NCBI GenBank assembly: GCA_965215005.1
Contig: CBDCCZ010000003.1
Span: 64,001 to 128,000, forward strand
DNA: 64,000 nucleotides
Direction of reading: 5' to 3'
Source of the DNA: Kofleriaceae bacterium
GTDB taxonomy: Bacteria; Myxococcota_A; Polyangia; Haliangiales; Haliangiaceae
In this document: piece after piece, positions 39,823 to 50,386 of the stretch
Position numbering within the stretch: position 1 is the first letter of the stretch
How the letters are laid out: every line of letters starts with the position of its first letter
The notes under the pieces: model-generated
What the model saw: the letters and a program-made list of their open reading frames with translations, nothing else
Told to the model about the DNA's origin: nothing
Databases searched by the model: none
Position numbers and translations under genes: made by a program

Positions 39823-40671
39823 TCAGGCTAGCTCAGCCAAGAGCCGACGCTCTTGACCGATTCGGTGTCCTGTCCAGCCGTAGGCGAATGGCAAATAGAG
39901 CCCGGTGATCGCCACGAGCAACACCGGAATGCCGATGAATCCGAGCCCCGGGACCAGCGAGGACAACACCACCCATCCGTAGGTACCCCAGCCCAGCCGG
40001 GCGCTCTCCTCGAGGCCGATCGCTCCAGTCACGAGAGCGCGACCATCGCAGATGGCGCAGTAGAACAGCACCAGGTGGCAGTGGCCGACGATGCACGCAC
40101 TCAGCACGATGTAGACGTCAAAGCCGTGGTGCGGAGCGACCTGCAACGTAAACAGAGAAACGGCTGCGTAATGGAGACTCAACGGCAACAGGATGCACAG
40201 CCCGCTGAGCCACAGCGTCACGCTCGGTGAGGCCGCGCCGTTGATCATTGCGAGGGCGCGGCCGCGGAGGTTCACGGCGCGCAGTTGCTGCAAACACTGG
40301 AACACTTCGCCTTGTACGCGCAGCTCCGCGGCCAACGCGCGATCGAAGGAGACTTTCGCCCACGCTCCAGCGCCTACGTAAAGCAGGACGGCAGCCACCC
40401 AACATGAACCAAGAAGAAGTGTCAGCTGCCCATCGGCCCCTTGAGCACCGACTGCAAGCGCGCGGATGACGCCAAACCCGAGAAGAGCTAGACCTCCCGT
40501 GGCGGCAGCCGCGCCTGCAACCGCACGGGATACGCGACGCGCATAGATTACTCGAAGGACCGGCGGCAGTGCCGCGAGCTCACGCTGGCGCTGCAGACGC
40601 AGGCGCCGCACCTGGAGGCGAGCGCCGACTGCCTCGTCGCGATAGATGCCGCGTCCGGCCTCTCGTATCAT
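39823..40671 (-). CDS. Hypothetical integral membrane protein
   Basis: About 6 hydrophobic segments; N-terminal YRDE followed by a basic coiled stretch; start uncertain. Confidence 0.6.
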   Translation of the reverse strand: MIREAGRGIYRDEAVGARLQVRRLRLQRQRELAALPPVLRVIYARRVSRAVAGAAAATGGLALLGFGVIRALAVGAQGADGQLTLLLGSCWVAAVLLYVGAGAWAKVSFDRALAAELRVQGEVFQCLQQLRAVNLRGRALAMINGAASPSVTLWLSGLCILLPLSLHYAAVSLFTLQVAPHHGFDVYIVLSACIVGHCHLVLFYCAICDGRALVTGAIGLEESARLGWGTYGWVVLSSLVPGLGFIGIPVLLVAITGLYLPFAYGWTGHRIGQERRLLAELA

Positions 40672-40922
40672 GGATAACTCCACGGTGTCCGTTGCCTCAC
40701 CTCCTAGCATAGCCGGCGACGCTGTGCCTGCACGCATTTTGCGCCTGGAGCGCCCGCCAACGCAGCACAACGCCGCGACAGGATTGCTCACGCGTGCAGC
40801 GGCCGCGCCGACGCGGGCAAGGGCGGCGGAGCTCGCTAGGCCACCCTTTTACGTCTCCGCTTCGAGGTTGCTTTTCGAGTGGTTTACGACGCACGACAGC
40901 AAACCGCTCGCGCTAGAACGGC

Positions 40923-41315
40923 TCAATCGGCCTTGAGCTCCAATGCTGCCGAATTGATGCAGTAGCGAACACCGGTGGGAGCAGGCCCATCAGGAAACGC
41001 GTGCCCCAGATGCGCATCGCAACGGGCGCACTTCACCTCGGTGCGCTCCATTCCCAGACTGGTGTCGCGCTGCGTCGCCACCATTTGCTCATCGACGGGC
41101 TCAGTGAAGCTCGGCCAGCCACTGCCCGAGTCGTACTTGTTGTTCGACGAGAACAGCGCCGTGCCACAACAGACGCAGCGATAGGTGCCCTGCTGCTTAC
41201 TGTCCCAGTACGCACCTGTGAAGGCGCGCTCGGTGCCACCTTCACGGGTCACGTGATACTGCTGAGGCGTGAGCTTCTCTCGCCACTCTCGATCGCGATC
41301 GTCTCGTTCTGACAT
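40923..41315 (-). CDS. msrB: Peptide-methionine (R)-S-oxide reductase
   Basis: [50 protein letters not shown]. Confidence 0.97.
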   Translation of the reverse strand: MSERDDRDREWREKLTPQQYHVTREGGTERAFTGAYWDSKQQGTYRCVCCGTALFSSNNKYDSGSGWPSFTEPVDEQMVATQRDTSLGMERTEVKCARCDAHLGHAFPDGPAPTGVRYCINSAALELKAD

Positions 41316-41370
41316 CTCGGCATTGTAGGTCGATGCGTCCCGACGCGCACTCGACCGCGCCGCTGGCGCC

Positions 41371-41805
41371 TCAACCTGCGTGGTCGCCAATGAGCTCGTG
41401 CAGGTACGTGACCACCTGCCAAATTTCCTCATCCGTGAGCACCCCAGCCCACGCCGGCATTTGCGACTCCACCGGTTCGCCGTTGCCGCCCTCGGAGATG
41501 CGCCAGAAGTAGTAATCATCCTCGTGGTCGAGGCCGTGCTCGTGGAGGTCGGGGGGCGGTGGCTCGAGGCCACCGGCGAGTGGGCCGTCGCCGCTTCCCG
41601 TGTCCCCATGGCACGACGCGCACCGCTCCGAATAAATTGCGGCCCCCGCCGTCGCGGCGTCGGGATCGCCAGCGAGCGGATTGGTCATGCCCGCGTATTC
41701 CGCGGGTACGTCGGCCTCGTCTCCATGATCGTGGTCGTGGTCGTCGTGACCACAGCCGAAAGCTCCAAGGAACATCACGAAGCTAGTCCACAACAGGAGT
41801 TTCAT
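41371..41805 (-). CDS. Mono-heme cytochrome c lipoprotein with His-rich N-terminus
   Basis: Lipobox [27 protein letters not shown], distal MPAW. Confidence 0.88.
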   Translation of the reverse strand: MKLLLWTSFVMFLGAFGCGHDDHDHDHGDEADVPAEYAGMTNPLAGDPDAATAGAAIYSERCASCHGDTGSGDGPLAGGLEPPPPDLHEHGLDHEDDYYFWRISEGGNGEPVESQMPAWAGVLTDEEIWQVVTYLHELIGDHAG

Positions 41806-41889
41806 CGAATGAGCATACAGAGGTTCCACACAAGACAACAAGCACCGTACCGCTGCCCAAAGCCCGCCCGCTCCGCCGTTTTGGAAGCT

Positions 41890-42213
41890 TCACTCCCCGC
41901 GCAGCATGCGCTCGATCTCACGGCGAACCAGAGCCTCATCCTTGACGATCCGGTCGTCCACTGCAATGAGCGAGTCGATTTGCCGCAGTACTTCGTCGGG
42001 CGCCTGGCGCAGCAGCGGGAAGCTCGGAGCCGGAAGGCGCTTATCATCGCGCAAGCAGCGCTCGAGCTCCCGAACGTCTCCCTCGTCTGCACCTACCTGC
42101 TGCGCAAGGGTCATGACGTATTGCGCTTCTTCTTCCGCGACTTCTCGATCTGCCCAGGCGACCTCGATGAGCAGCTTGAGCGTCTCGAGTCCCAGTCGTC
42201 GTTGATCCACCAT
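41890..42213 (-). CDS. TerB-like helical protein
   Basis: VAWAD.EV..EE and IAVDDRIV.DE duplicated TerB motifs. Confidence 0.7.
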   Translation of the reverse strand: MVDQRRLGLETLKLLIEVAWADREVAEEEAQYVMTLAQQVGADEGDVRELERCLRDDKRLPAPSFPLLRQAPDEVLRQIDSLIAVDDRIVKDEALVRREIERMLRGE

Positions 42214-42264
42214 TCGACAATCGTACGACGAAGCTGCGACCAATGCGCCATCTTCGGGGGATTC

Positions 42265-43350
42265 CTACGCCCCAAAGACGTCGCTCAGTCGCCAGTGGAT
42301 CGCCTGACACGACACCTGCCCCCAGCCCTCAGGCGATTCCGATGCAGCCGAGCCGCCTCCAAAGTAAAGTGCCGTCACTAGAGACTCATCAGAGAGCTGC
42401 ACCGTGGAAGGATACCCAACGTCATTACCGATTCCGTCTCCCGCCAGCACGACCTCTCTCGCCAGATCCCATGAGGCACCGTCCGCACTGATAAGGGCCC
42501 CGCAGCCGAGCGGGCGGATCCGCCGCCCGTAGGTGAGAAGGACCCTACCATCGCGCAACTGCGTGATATCCGCCGGATGCTCGCCGGCGCGGGTCACAGG
42601 TCGCGGCTCGGAAAAATGCTGGCCACCGTCGACGCTCGTAGTCACCGCCACCTCACCTCGTTCGGTACGCGCCGCTGCCAAGAGTCGGCCATCGTCGAGT
42701 AGGCACAACGAGGTCTCGTTGCAATGGTTGGCGATGATGGTTTCTTCGCCCCAGCTCGCTCCACCATCGCGGCTACGCACGATGATCGCCGCAGAGTGCA
42801 TTTGATCGCCGCTGCGTAGCCTTCCGTACGCCGGCATCAGCAGCTCGCCGTCGCGTCCCGCGACAATGCGTCCATAGGGGCTCAGTAGCGTGGCCAATTC
42901 ACTTCGATACGCCGTAGGCCGCGACCAGCTGCGGCCCCCATCGCTGCTCGACGTTATGAACAGGCCAGGCTCGTCCGGCGGCGCTTCGGGACGGGGGTCC
43001 TGCCAACGCAGCTCACCGCCGCGATCCTTATAACAGTGCGCTGCGGCTTCCCAATAACTGAGCAGCAGCGTTCCATCGGAATTGGTCCCGAGTGCTGGAT
43101 TGCGCACGTCGCGCCCGCGCGGCGCAACTTCGATTGGATCCGACCAGCTGATACCGCCGTCGTCGGAGCGACTCACGGCAATGGTACCGGTGATCCCGAA
43201 GTGGGCGCCTCCCGTGCGATAGGCGGCCCACATCGTTTCGTCTTTATGGGCCAATACAGGAAAGTATCCCTGCAGCGGGCATATCAGCGTGCGCCGCAGC
43301 TCCACCCGGCGACCTACGAACGCATCCGAGTAGCCAAGCCGTCTCTGCAT
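42265..43350 (-). CDS. BNR/Asp-box repeat sialidase-family protein
   Basis: Asp-boxes SDDGGISWS, SSDGGRSWS, SRDGGASW, SVDGGQHFS, SADGASW; GYPS near the C-terminus; no signal peptide. Confidence 0.8.
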   Translation of the reverse strand: MQRRLGYSDAFVGRRVELRRTLICPLQGYFPVLAHKDETMWAAYRTGGAHFGITGTIAVSRSDDGGISWSDPIEVAPRGRDVRNPALGTNSDGTLLLSYWEAAAHCYKDRGGELRWQDPRPEAPPDEPGLFITSSSDGGRSWSRPTAYRSELATLLSPYGRIVAGRDGELLMPAYGRLRSGDQMHSAAIIVRSRDGGASWGEETIIANHCNETSLCLLDDGRLLAAARTERGEVAVTTSVDGGQHFSEPRPVTRAGEHPADITQLRDGRVLLTYGRRIRPLGCGALISADGASWDLAREVVLAGDGIGNDVGYPSTVQLSDESLVTALYFGGGSAASESPEGWGQVSCQAIHWRLSDVFGA

Positions 43351-43542
43351 TCGACGATGCTTACACAGATCGGCTGGCGATAACGCCGACGCGACGGCTG
43401 GTTTTGTGGCGGCTCGCGCCGAGTCACCGAGTGCAGGTGCACCGGGGAACGACGAGCGTATGATTTGAATGGCAAACCGTGACGCGGGTCTCCGGCGACA
43501 CCAAGCAGTGGTCGCCGGAAACACGCGAGCAACGGAGAGCGG

Positions 43543-43986
43543 CTACGGCAAGCCGGCGATCCACTCCTCGATACATGCCTGCGTGTTCTCCGGCAAGGCG
43601 CCCGCAGGCGGCATGACGACACCGCAGCTCGGGCTCGGCTTTAGTTTCTCGAGCAGATAGCTCATCGAGGGATCGCCCGGCGTTACGAGAACTTCGGAAC
43701 CGCAGGTAGAGGCCGCATTGACCATGGCGTTGACATCCACCTCCGTCACCAGAGACAGACCTCCCTGCGGATTATCGGCGCCGTGGCAACCAGATGCCGC
43801 GCACGTGGGGGAGGTGAGAGTTTGCATGGTGATGGTGGCCGGATCTCCGTTGCAAGCCGAATCGCCTGCACCGCCGCCGGCGTCTGGAGCGTCTGGAGTG
43901 ACGCCGCCGCCATCACTTCCATCATCGCCGCAACCGACGAGGGAACAGAGAAGCAGTAAAGGAACCAAGCGTATGAACGATCGCAT
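43543..43986 (-). CDS. Lipoprotein, putative c-type cytochrome with CX4CH motif
   Basis: Lipobox LVGC; CAASGCH; VTPGDP..SYLLEKL; MPP; I..WI. Confidence 0.7.
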   Translation of the reverse strand: MRSFIRLVPLLLLCSLVGCGDDGSDGGGVTPDAPDAGGGAGDSACNGDPATITMQTLTSPTCAASGCHGADNPQGGLSLVTEVDVNAMVNAASTCGSEVLVTPGDPSMSYLLEKLKPSPSCGVVMPPAGALPENTQACIEEWIAGLP

Positions 43987-44295
43987 GGCGGCCATTTTAG
44001 CGAACCGTGTGCCAGTAATCCTGCACCGAGGTACCAGTTTCCACCCGCCCTCGTGAGCCCGCGAATACCAGGAGCTGGCCCGCTGCTGTCCTCCCCCCTC
44101 CGGGACCACAGCGGGTTCGATCACACGGCAGAGGCGCGGCTGAGGCAGGCGAGAACCAGCAACCGAGGCGGGGGGTCCCACGTACGGACTCAGGTCATCA
44201 GGTGGGCGGTTGGTCGTCGCAACGCAGCCCGCCATTGGCGGCTTCCGCCGACAGCTCGGCAGCGGCCATCAATTTGCACTGCGAGGCGCGAGCGG

Positions 44296-45144
44296 ATGCC
44301 CGAACTCTCATCGTCTCAACCACTGCGCGGTTTTGCGACGGCACTGGCGGGTGCGTCACTTGCTTTGCTCGCGGGTGGTCTCGTCGTGCTCGCTTGGCGG
44401 TGGGTCGTTTACCAACCCTGCGACTGGGCGCTGCTCTGGCCGGGCCCGTTCGTAGCGGTGCTGGCCGCATCCGCTGCCGCGCTCGTCCTATCCCGCGGCG
44501 CCGCCAGACGCCCCACACTCGGTTCAGTCGTGATCGTAGGCGCGGGCGCATTTGGACTGGCAGCCGGATGGATGCTTCGCATCTGGGCCTGGTGCGGAGC
44601 AGCTTCCTGGGAGATCGACACGTTATGGGCCGGCGCCGCCGACCTTCGCGCTGCGGGTCTGCAGACCGAGATGCTCGAGCTGCGCGGCGTGCTCGTGCCG
44701 ATTGTCTGGATGCTCGAGGCAATGCTGATCGTGGCGCTAATCGCTTGGGTGGCGACAGCAACCTATCGCGGGGTCGGCTGCCGCGCGTGCCGTAGTTGGT
44801 GTCGCAACGTCGCGGGCCCGCGAACCATTGCCGTGCGCCTGCCGCCGGCAGAGCTCGAACAACGCATCTTGGGAGCGGATTGGGTAGGTCTTGGCCGCAG
44901 CAAGGCACAGACGGCGACGTCGCGCGTTGCGCTGAGCTTGGCGCAGTGTCGTTGCGGCAAGGCGCACACCGTATCGGCGGTGCGACAGCGACGACTCTGG
45001 CTTTCGCGTACCGTGATTCGCCATCTGCGGGTCGGCTCCGATGTCGCGCGCACGGTGCGACGACTGATCGAGGAGCGGGCCGCCACCGGCTCAGGCGGCA
45101 CCAGAGCCGCTCGATTCTCTAGCTCTGTTGCCTCGGGCGGGTAG
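44296..45144 (+). CDS. Hypothetical membrane protein with C-terminal Cys cluster
   Basis: About 4 TM segments, then CRAC..WC and CRC..H; start uncertain. Confidence 0.5.
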   Translation: MPELSSSQPLRGFATALAGASLALLAGGLVVLAWRWVVYQPCDWALLWPGPFVAVLAASAAALVLSRGAARRPTLGSVVIVGAGAFGLAAGWMLRIWAWCGAASWEIDTLWAGAADLRAAGLQTEMLELRGVLVPIVWMLEAMLIVALIAWVATATYRGVGCRACRSWCRNVAGPRTIAVRLPPAELEQRILGADWVGLGRSKAQTATSRVALSLAQCRCGKAHTVSAVRQRRLWLSRTVIRHLRVGSDVARTVRRLIEERAATGSGGTRAARFSSSVASGG

Positions 45145-45149
45145 AACCG

Positions 45150-46301
45150 CTACTCGATCCCGTACATCGTGAACAACTCGGCAATGCGTCGCTGGGGCAG
45201 CAAGCGCATGGCGGTCGCGACGGCGGCGTTGCGCAGCCGCGGCCATGAGGACCGTCGCCCCAGCCTTCCGTTGAGCGCTGCGCGATGGGCGGTGGTTTGA
45301 TAGGCGGCGATGCGCCGCTGTTCATACGCCTGCAGTGTCGTCTGTGGATCGGCACCCGAGCCGAATATCTGGCCGAAGCAGTCGGCAAGGTCCCAGGCCG
45401 CGAGCCAGCCGAGGTTCATGCCCTGGCCACCAAAGGGACTCACCACGTGGGCGGCGTCGCCCGCCAGCAGTCGAGGCCCGGCACGCAACGCCGAGGCACG
45501 CCGTTGCTCCACCCCAAACCCGCTCACCATGGATACCGTCTCGGCGCGAATCGCGTGACCGGTGCGCTCGGTCGCCAGTCGCGCGACCAAACGGGCCGAC
45601 GGCTGTAGCTCGGGGCGGGCGACCTGAAGTACCCAACGCCGTCGCTTCAAGGGCAGCGGAAAGCTCTCGACGAGCCCCTCGTCAGCGAGAAACACCGCAG
45701 CGTCACTGCCGAGCTCGGTGTCATCGGCATAGTCGCCCATGACGTACGACTCCGGGCGCGAGGCACCAACGAAGTCAACGCCCATGGCCGCTCGCACCGC
45801 GCTGTTGCGGCCGTCGCAGCCGACCACGTAGCGGGCGGTGAAGCCGAGTTTCTGGCCCGTCGCGTCGACACCCGTGACGGCGACTCTAGAGTCACTGGAC
45901 GCGACATCTACAATCTTGACACCGCGCCGCAACGCGCCGGTGTCGCGCCGAGCTAGCTCGGCGGCAAGAATTTCTTCACTTCGCTGCTGCGGCAGCGACA
46001 ACGCAAACGGGAACGCACCGGCACGTGCCGATAGGTCCACGCTACCCAGCAATCCGCGGCTCGAGAACGCGTGCCCACGGTCGATGCGGACGCCCTCGCG
46101 CAAGAATGCATCGACCACGCCCAGCTGCGCAAAGCGCTCGAGGGATGGAGCGTGGATGCCAATCGCCCGCGATTCTTCGACCGGTCGAGCTCGCTGCTCG
46201 AGCACACGAACCGAGATACTTGCGCCCGCCAGCCGGCACCCTAGCAGCAGTCCTACGGGACCACCGCCAACCACGAGCACGTCCACCGGCGAGTCGATCA
46301 T
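45150..46301 (-). CDS. FAD-dependent aromatic monooxygenase (SrsC-like)
   Basis: VVGGGPVGL, VVGCDGRNSAVR, LAGDAAH..SPFGGQGMNLG. Confidence 0.9.
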   Translation of the reverse strand: MIDSPVDVLVVGGGPVGLLLGCRLAGASISVRVLEQRARPVEESRAIGIHAPSLERFAQLGVVDAFLREGVRIDRGHAFSSRGLLGSVDLSARAGAFPFALSLPQQRSEEILAAELARRDTGALRRGVKIVDVASSDSRVAVTGVDATGQKLGFTARYVVGCDGRNSAVRAAMGVDFVGASRPESYVMGDYADDTELGSDAAVFLADEGLVESFPLPLKRRRWVLQVARPELQPSARLVARLATERTGHAIRAETVSMVSGFGVEQRRASALRAGPRLLAGDAAHVVSPFGGQGMNLGWLAAWDLADCFGQIFGSGADPQTTLQAYEQRRIAAYQTTAHRAALNGRLGRRSSWPRLRNAAVATAMRLLPQRRIAELFTMYGIE

Positions 46302-46308
46302 TGCTGTA

Positions 46309-46881
46309 TCAAGGGGCTCGAGAGTGCGGAATGAAACGCCGTCGCTCCGCGAACCGCGCCTCATAATCACTGGTACTCGCAAGCGCACGCTCTTCGGCTT
46401 TGATTCGGCGCCAAAGGAGCAAGCCGTTTAGAACGCTCGCGATCGTTGCCGTGAGCCATGCGCCGTGAATCAGCGGTAAGGCAGCGATCTCGAGAACGAC
46501 GCCGAGGTAGTTTGGATGCCGCAGATAGCGAAATATGCCACCAGCCACCGGCTCTTCGGCGACCGTGATGATCTTGACGGTCCAGCGCGGCCCCAGCGCG
46601 CGCATCGCTGCCAACCGCAGCGCCTGGCCGGTCATGAACACGATGAAAGCAATGATGGCGAGCCACGGAAGCAGTGGTCGGTCGAGAAGCCATACCTCGA
46701 CGGGCGCAGCCACGAGCCAGGCGCTGTGCAGTAGCGTCATTGGCAGCATTTGCCGCGGCGCGTGCTCCGTAGCACCGCGAGCGCGCAGCGCCGCTTCATG
46801 ACGGCGACTAATCCGCAGCTCGACGAGCCGCTGGCCGGCTACCGCGATCACCAATAGCAGGAACGCGAGCTCACTCACCAT
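46309..46881 (-). CDS. Isoprenylcysteine carboxyl methyltransferase family protein (SrsB/BpsB-like)
   Basis: QRLVEL..SRR, LG.RW, RHPNY.GV..E, RI.AEE.AL; overlaps PKS stop. Confidence 0.9.
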   Translation of the reverse strand: MVSELAFLLLVIAVAGQRLVELRISRRHEAALRARGATEHAPRQMLPMTLLHSAWLVAAPVEVWLLDRPLLPWLAIIAFIVFMTGQALRLAAMRALGPRWTVKIITVAEEPVAGGIFRYLRHPNYLGVVLEIAALPLIHGAWLTATIASVLNGLLLWRRIKAEERALASTSDYEARFAERRRFIPHSRAP

Positions 46882-47975
46882 CGCAGCAGCACCAGCTCAG
46901 CACAGAAGGCAGGTCCCATGGCCAGCAAAATGCCATGAGAGCCCGGCTTAGGGCGAATTCGCCGCAGATAGTCATTCAACAGAAACAACACCGACGCCGA
47001 GGACAAGTTGCCAACCTCGGCGAGTCCTGCTCGCGCCGGTGCGAGGGCGTCGTCATCGAGCTGCAGCCCCTCTTGCACCGCGTCTATGACTTTGGGACCG
47101 CCCGGGTGGGTAACCCAGGCCAGAATATCGGCCCGCTGCAGGCCGTGATCGGCGAGGAAGGCATCCATCGCCGGCGGCAGCTCTTGTCGCGCTAGCCGCG
47201 GCACGTCAGCGCTGAGGACGATCTTAAAGCCGGTGTCGACCATGTCCCAACCCATGACTCGTTCGGTATTGGGAAAGAACACCGAACGGCTGTCGAGCAC
47301 GTTGGGACGCGCTTCTCGAGCACGCGGATGCTCGGCACCAACCATGAGCACTGCCGCGGCACCATCGCCAAACAATCCCGTGGAGATGATGTTGGCAACG
47401 GAGACGTCCTCGGGCTGCATGGTGAGTGAGCAAAGCTCCACCGACAACAGCACTGCAGCGCGGTCGGGATACGCGCGTAGATAATCAGCAACGCGCGCAA
47501 CGCCAGCCGCGCCGGCGACGCAGCCAAGCCCGAACAATGGCACGCGGCGCAGATCGCGCGCGAAGGGAAGTCGGTTCATGAGCCGCGCATCGAGCGACGG
47601 CACCGCGACTCCGGTGACAGTGGTGGTTACCAGCTGCCCGATCTCGGCGGCGTCGATGCCGGTTTCCTCGAAGAGCGACCGCAACGTCCGCTCGCCCAGC
47701 TCGAGGGCGACCTCCAGCCAAGCGCGGCTGCGGTCTTCGAACCCGCGCAGCGCCCGATAGCCATCTGGCGGCAGCGCGAGATACCGTTCCTTGACGCCGG
47801 TTCGGGAGAAGAACCGCTCGATGACGCGAGGCTCGACATCGGCCTCAGCAAGTATGTCGACCGCGAGCGCTGCGAGCTCGTCCTGGCGAAACCGATGTGC
47901 AGGCAGCGCGGTTGCAGTGCCAACCACCGCCGGAGCGGCCTCAGAAGGCGTTTTGGAGGGAGATAACGGCGGCAT
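46875..47975 (-). CDS. Type III polyketide synthase (SrsA/BpsA/Pks10-like)
   Basis: Catalytic Cys (GLGCVAGAAG), His (HPGGPKV), Asn (GNLSSAS); LFGDGAAA; MGPAF.AEL. Confidence 0.95.
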   Translation of the reverse strand: MPPLSPSKTPSEAAPAVVGTATALPAHRFRQDELAALAVDILAEADVEPRVIERFFSRTGVKERYLALPPDGYRALRGFEDRSRAWLEVALELGERTLRSLFEETGIDAAEIGQLVTTTVTGVAVPSLDARLMNRLPFARDLRRVPLFGLGCVAGAAGVARVADYLRAYPDRAAVLLSVELCSLTMQPEDVSVANIISTGLFGDGAAAVLMVGAEHPRAREARPNVLDSRSVFFPNTERVMGWDMVDTGFKIVLSADVPRLARQELPPAMDAFLADHGLQRADILAWVTHPGGPKVIDAVQEGLQLDDDALAPARAGLAEVGNLSSASVLFLLNDYLRRIRPKPGSHGILLAMGPAFCAELVLLRW

Positions 47976-48334
47976 CGGCCGCGCAGACTGCACCAAGCGT
48001 GCCGCACGAGCTGCTGCGGAACATCAGGAGGCACGTGGAAACGGCTCTGAGCGCAGCTCTGCAACGCCGCGTCATCACGACGATGCGAGACACTGCGCGC
48101 ACCGCCCTTACAATGTGGGATCGGGGAGAGGCGGCACAGGCGGGGAGAGGCGCCACGGTGGCTCGCGCCTGGGGGAGAGTTACGCGCTCGCGGGCCTGCA
48201 CACCTCGGGGAACGTGGCCGCTGTAACAGCGTTGTCATGGAAGATCGGACAACCGGTTGAAACAACAGATCTATTTTCGCAGCAGCCGGAGGCACGAAAC
48301 CTGCTCAGTCACGCAGTTAGGAGCCGATGGAGAA

Positions 48335-50386
48335 ATGCTGAGTCCCGCCCCGCCGCTGATTTTTGCCGTGGTCATTGCACTCGCGTCGCTAGCGCTGCCT
48401 GGCAACGTAGCGCATGCCGATGAGGCCGGCGGTGCAAACGAGGCCGATGAGGCCAATGTTGGCGAACCCGCGCCAGGGGCTCCTGCGCCGGTGCAAACCG
48501 CTCAGCTCGAGCCGATGCCGCCGGTGGTGACCGCGGCGCCTGCCCCTGCGCCAAGCGCGCCGCAAGCAAGCAGCACCGCCGTGATCGATGACGCGCTGCT
48601 GGCCGCGATGGCGCAAGGCGAGGTCATCGAGGTCTGGGACGAGCGCGCCGACAAGCCCTTTGATCGCGACACCGAGCTCCGCATTACCGGTGCGGAGCTC
48701 GCGCGCCGAGGCGCATCCAACCTTGCCGACGCCCTCGCCTTCGTCCCCGAAATCAACGCGCGCAATGTAAATCGCGGCGGCACCCAAATTGACGTTCGCG
48801 GCGCCCGCAAAGGCTCGCTCAAGATCTTCATCGATGGCATTCCGGTGAGCGATCCGTATCGCGGCAACTTCGACATTTCCTCCATCCCGATCACCGACGT
48901 GGTCGAGGTACGGGTGTCAACCACGCCGGCATCCCCCATCGATGGCACTGGCGGCCCCGGCGGAGTCATCGAGGTCCACACCCGCGACGCGATCGGCGGA
49001 CAGGTGATCGGCATTCGTGCCGACGTCAATACGCTGCCACAGGCGATGGCAGCGGCTTCGGCCAGTAGCATGATCGCGCGGCACCTGGCGGTCCGGGTCT
49101 CGGCGACGGGCGACATCGGCCGCCGGGACCTCTCTGTCGTCTTGCCCGAGGGGCAGCCTGGCCGCCTCGATGAAGACCGGCAGAACGCCGGCGGCGCGAT
49201 GCGCCTCGAATATCGCAAAGGAACCCGCCGCGGCGTCCTGGACGTCGCCGCCCGCACTGGCGGCTACATCGTTCCGCCGAGCGAAGCCATCACCGATGAG
49301 GTCGTGCATGTTGCCGCCGCCGATGACGCCCGAGTCGGGCTCGCCGTCGATGATCAAGCGGGCCGGTTCCGACTTCAGGGACGCGCCTATGGCTATGCAA
49401 CCCGCAAGAACACCGAGTTCTTCGCAGACGCGACCATGGCGGAGGTCGCACGTGTGGAAGATGCAACGGCAGCAACGTTTGGTGGGCGTTTTCTGGTCAA
49501 CCGACCGATTGGCAACTCGCTCGAGCTGCTTGGCTCGGCCTCGCTCGACGCCGAAGATGGCCGCGTGGAGCGCGAAAACGGCGGCGTGACCGGCGGTCGC
49601 GCCACCATCGCCGCCTTGGCCAGCGGCTTCGAGCTTAAAAGAGATGTGTTTCGAGTCGATGGCTCAGCAGGAGTCGCGCTGCCTCTCGACATTGGCGCTT
49701 CGCCATGGCCGGAAGGCAAGCTCAGCGTCAAACTCACTCCGACTCGCATGCTCACGACGCGACTGGTTGGTGGCTACAAAGGGCGGCTTCCGACACTGCA
49801 AGAGCGATTCGACAGCGGCACCGGCAACGCGGCGCTCGGACCCGAGAAGGCCCTCTTTGCAGAAGCTGGCGTCCGCCTGGAAAAGAACCACGTCATCGAA
49901 GCCGATCTTGCGGTGTACGAACGTCGCTCGAGCGGAATGATTCGTTATAGCGCTGAGGAGATGAGCCTCATCAATCTCGGAGAGCTCACCATTCGCGGCG
50001 CCGACGCCCGCGCCACCGTGTTTCCGCTATCGCCTATTCATGGCGGTGGCAGTGTTTCAGTGCTCAATGCCAGCTCCGCCGAGTTCGGCGATGATCCCAT
50101 CGATCGCCTTCCCGAGCGCCGTGGTGATCTGTGGCTGTCGGGTCGCTATCGCACTCGGCTGGGTGGAATGATGCGGCTCAGCTACATCGGCGAAATGGTC
50201 GATCAGAGCCTCACGCTTCCCGATTACGTTCTTCTCGACACGAGCATGTACGTGCGCATCAACCCGGCCCTCATGACGACGCTGCGGGTCGACAACCTCC
50301 TAAACGAGCGTTACCTCGACCGCGCGAGCGGCGTTCTCGGCATCGGCAGAACCGTTATTCTCAGCATGCAAGGTCACTGGGAATAA
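48335..50386 (+). CDS. TonB-dependent receptor
   Basis: Signal ending AHA; EVIEV TonB-box-like; plug motifs LADAL..VP, IDVRG, IFIDGIP, GGVI; L.PE; VDNLLNERY; GGAG RBS. Confidence 0.9.
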   Translation: MLSPAPPLIFAVVIALASLALPGNVAHADEAGGANEADEANVGEPAPGAPAPVQTAQLEPMPPVVTAAPAPAPSAPQASSTAVIDDALLAAMAQGEVIEVWDERADKPFDRDTELRITGAELARRGASNLADALAFVPEINARNVNRGGTQIDVRGARKGSLKIFIDGIPVSDPYRGNFDISSIPITDVVEVRVSTTPASPIDGTGGPGGVIEVHTRDAIGGQVIGIRADVNTLPQAMAAASASSMIARHLAVRVSATGDIGRRDLSVVLPEGQPGRLDEDRQNAGGAMRLEYRKGTRRGVLDVAARTGGYIVPPSEAITDEVVHVAAADDARVGLAVDDQAGRFRLQGRAYGYATRKNTEFFADATMAEVARVEDATAATFGGRFLVNRPIGNSLELLGSASLDAEDGRVERENGGVTGGRATIAALASGFELKRDVFRVDGSAGVALPLDIGASPWPEGKLSVKLTPTRMLTTRLVGGYKGRLPTLQERFDSGTGNAALGPEKALFAEAGVRLEKNHVIEADLAVYERRSSGMIRYSAEEMSLINLGELTIRGADARATVFPLSPIHGGGSVSVLNASSAEFGDDPIDRLPERRGDLWLSGRYRTRLGGMMRLSYIGEMVDQSLTLPDYVLLDTSMYVRINPALMTTLRVDNLLNERYLDRASGVLGIGRTVILSMQGHWE

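Noticed and set aside
48150..48310. Cobalamin riboswitch upstream of the TonB-dependent receptor
   Set aside because: Only fragments resemble it (GGGAA, CTGTAA, AGCCGGAG...ACCTGC). The GCCACTG/GGGAAG core and proper spacing are missing. An Infernal search with the Rfam cobalamin models would decide.
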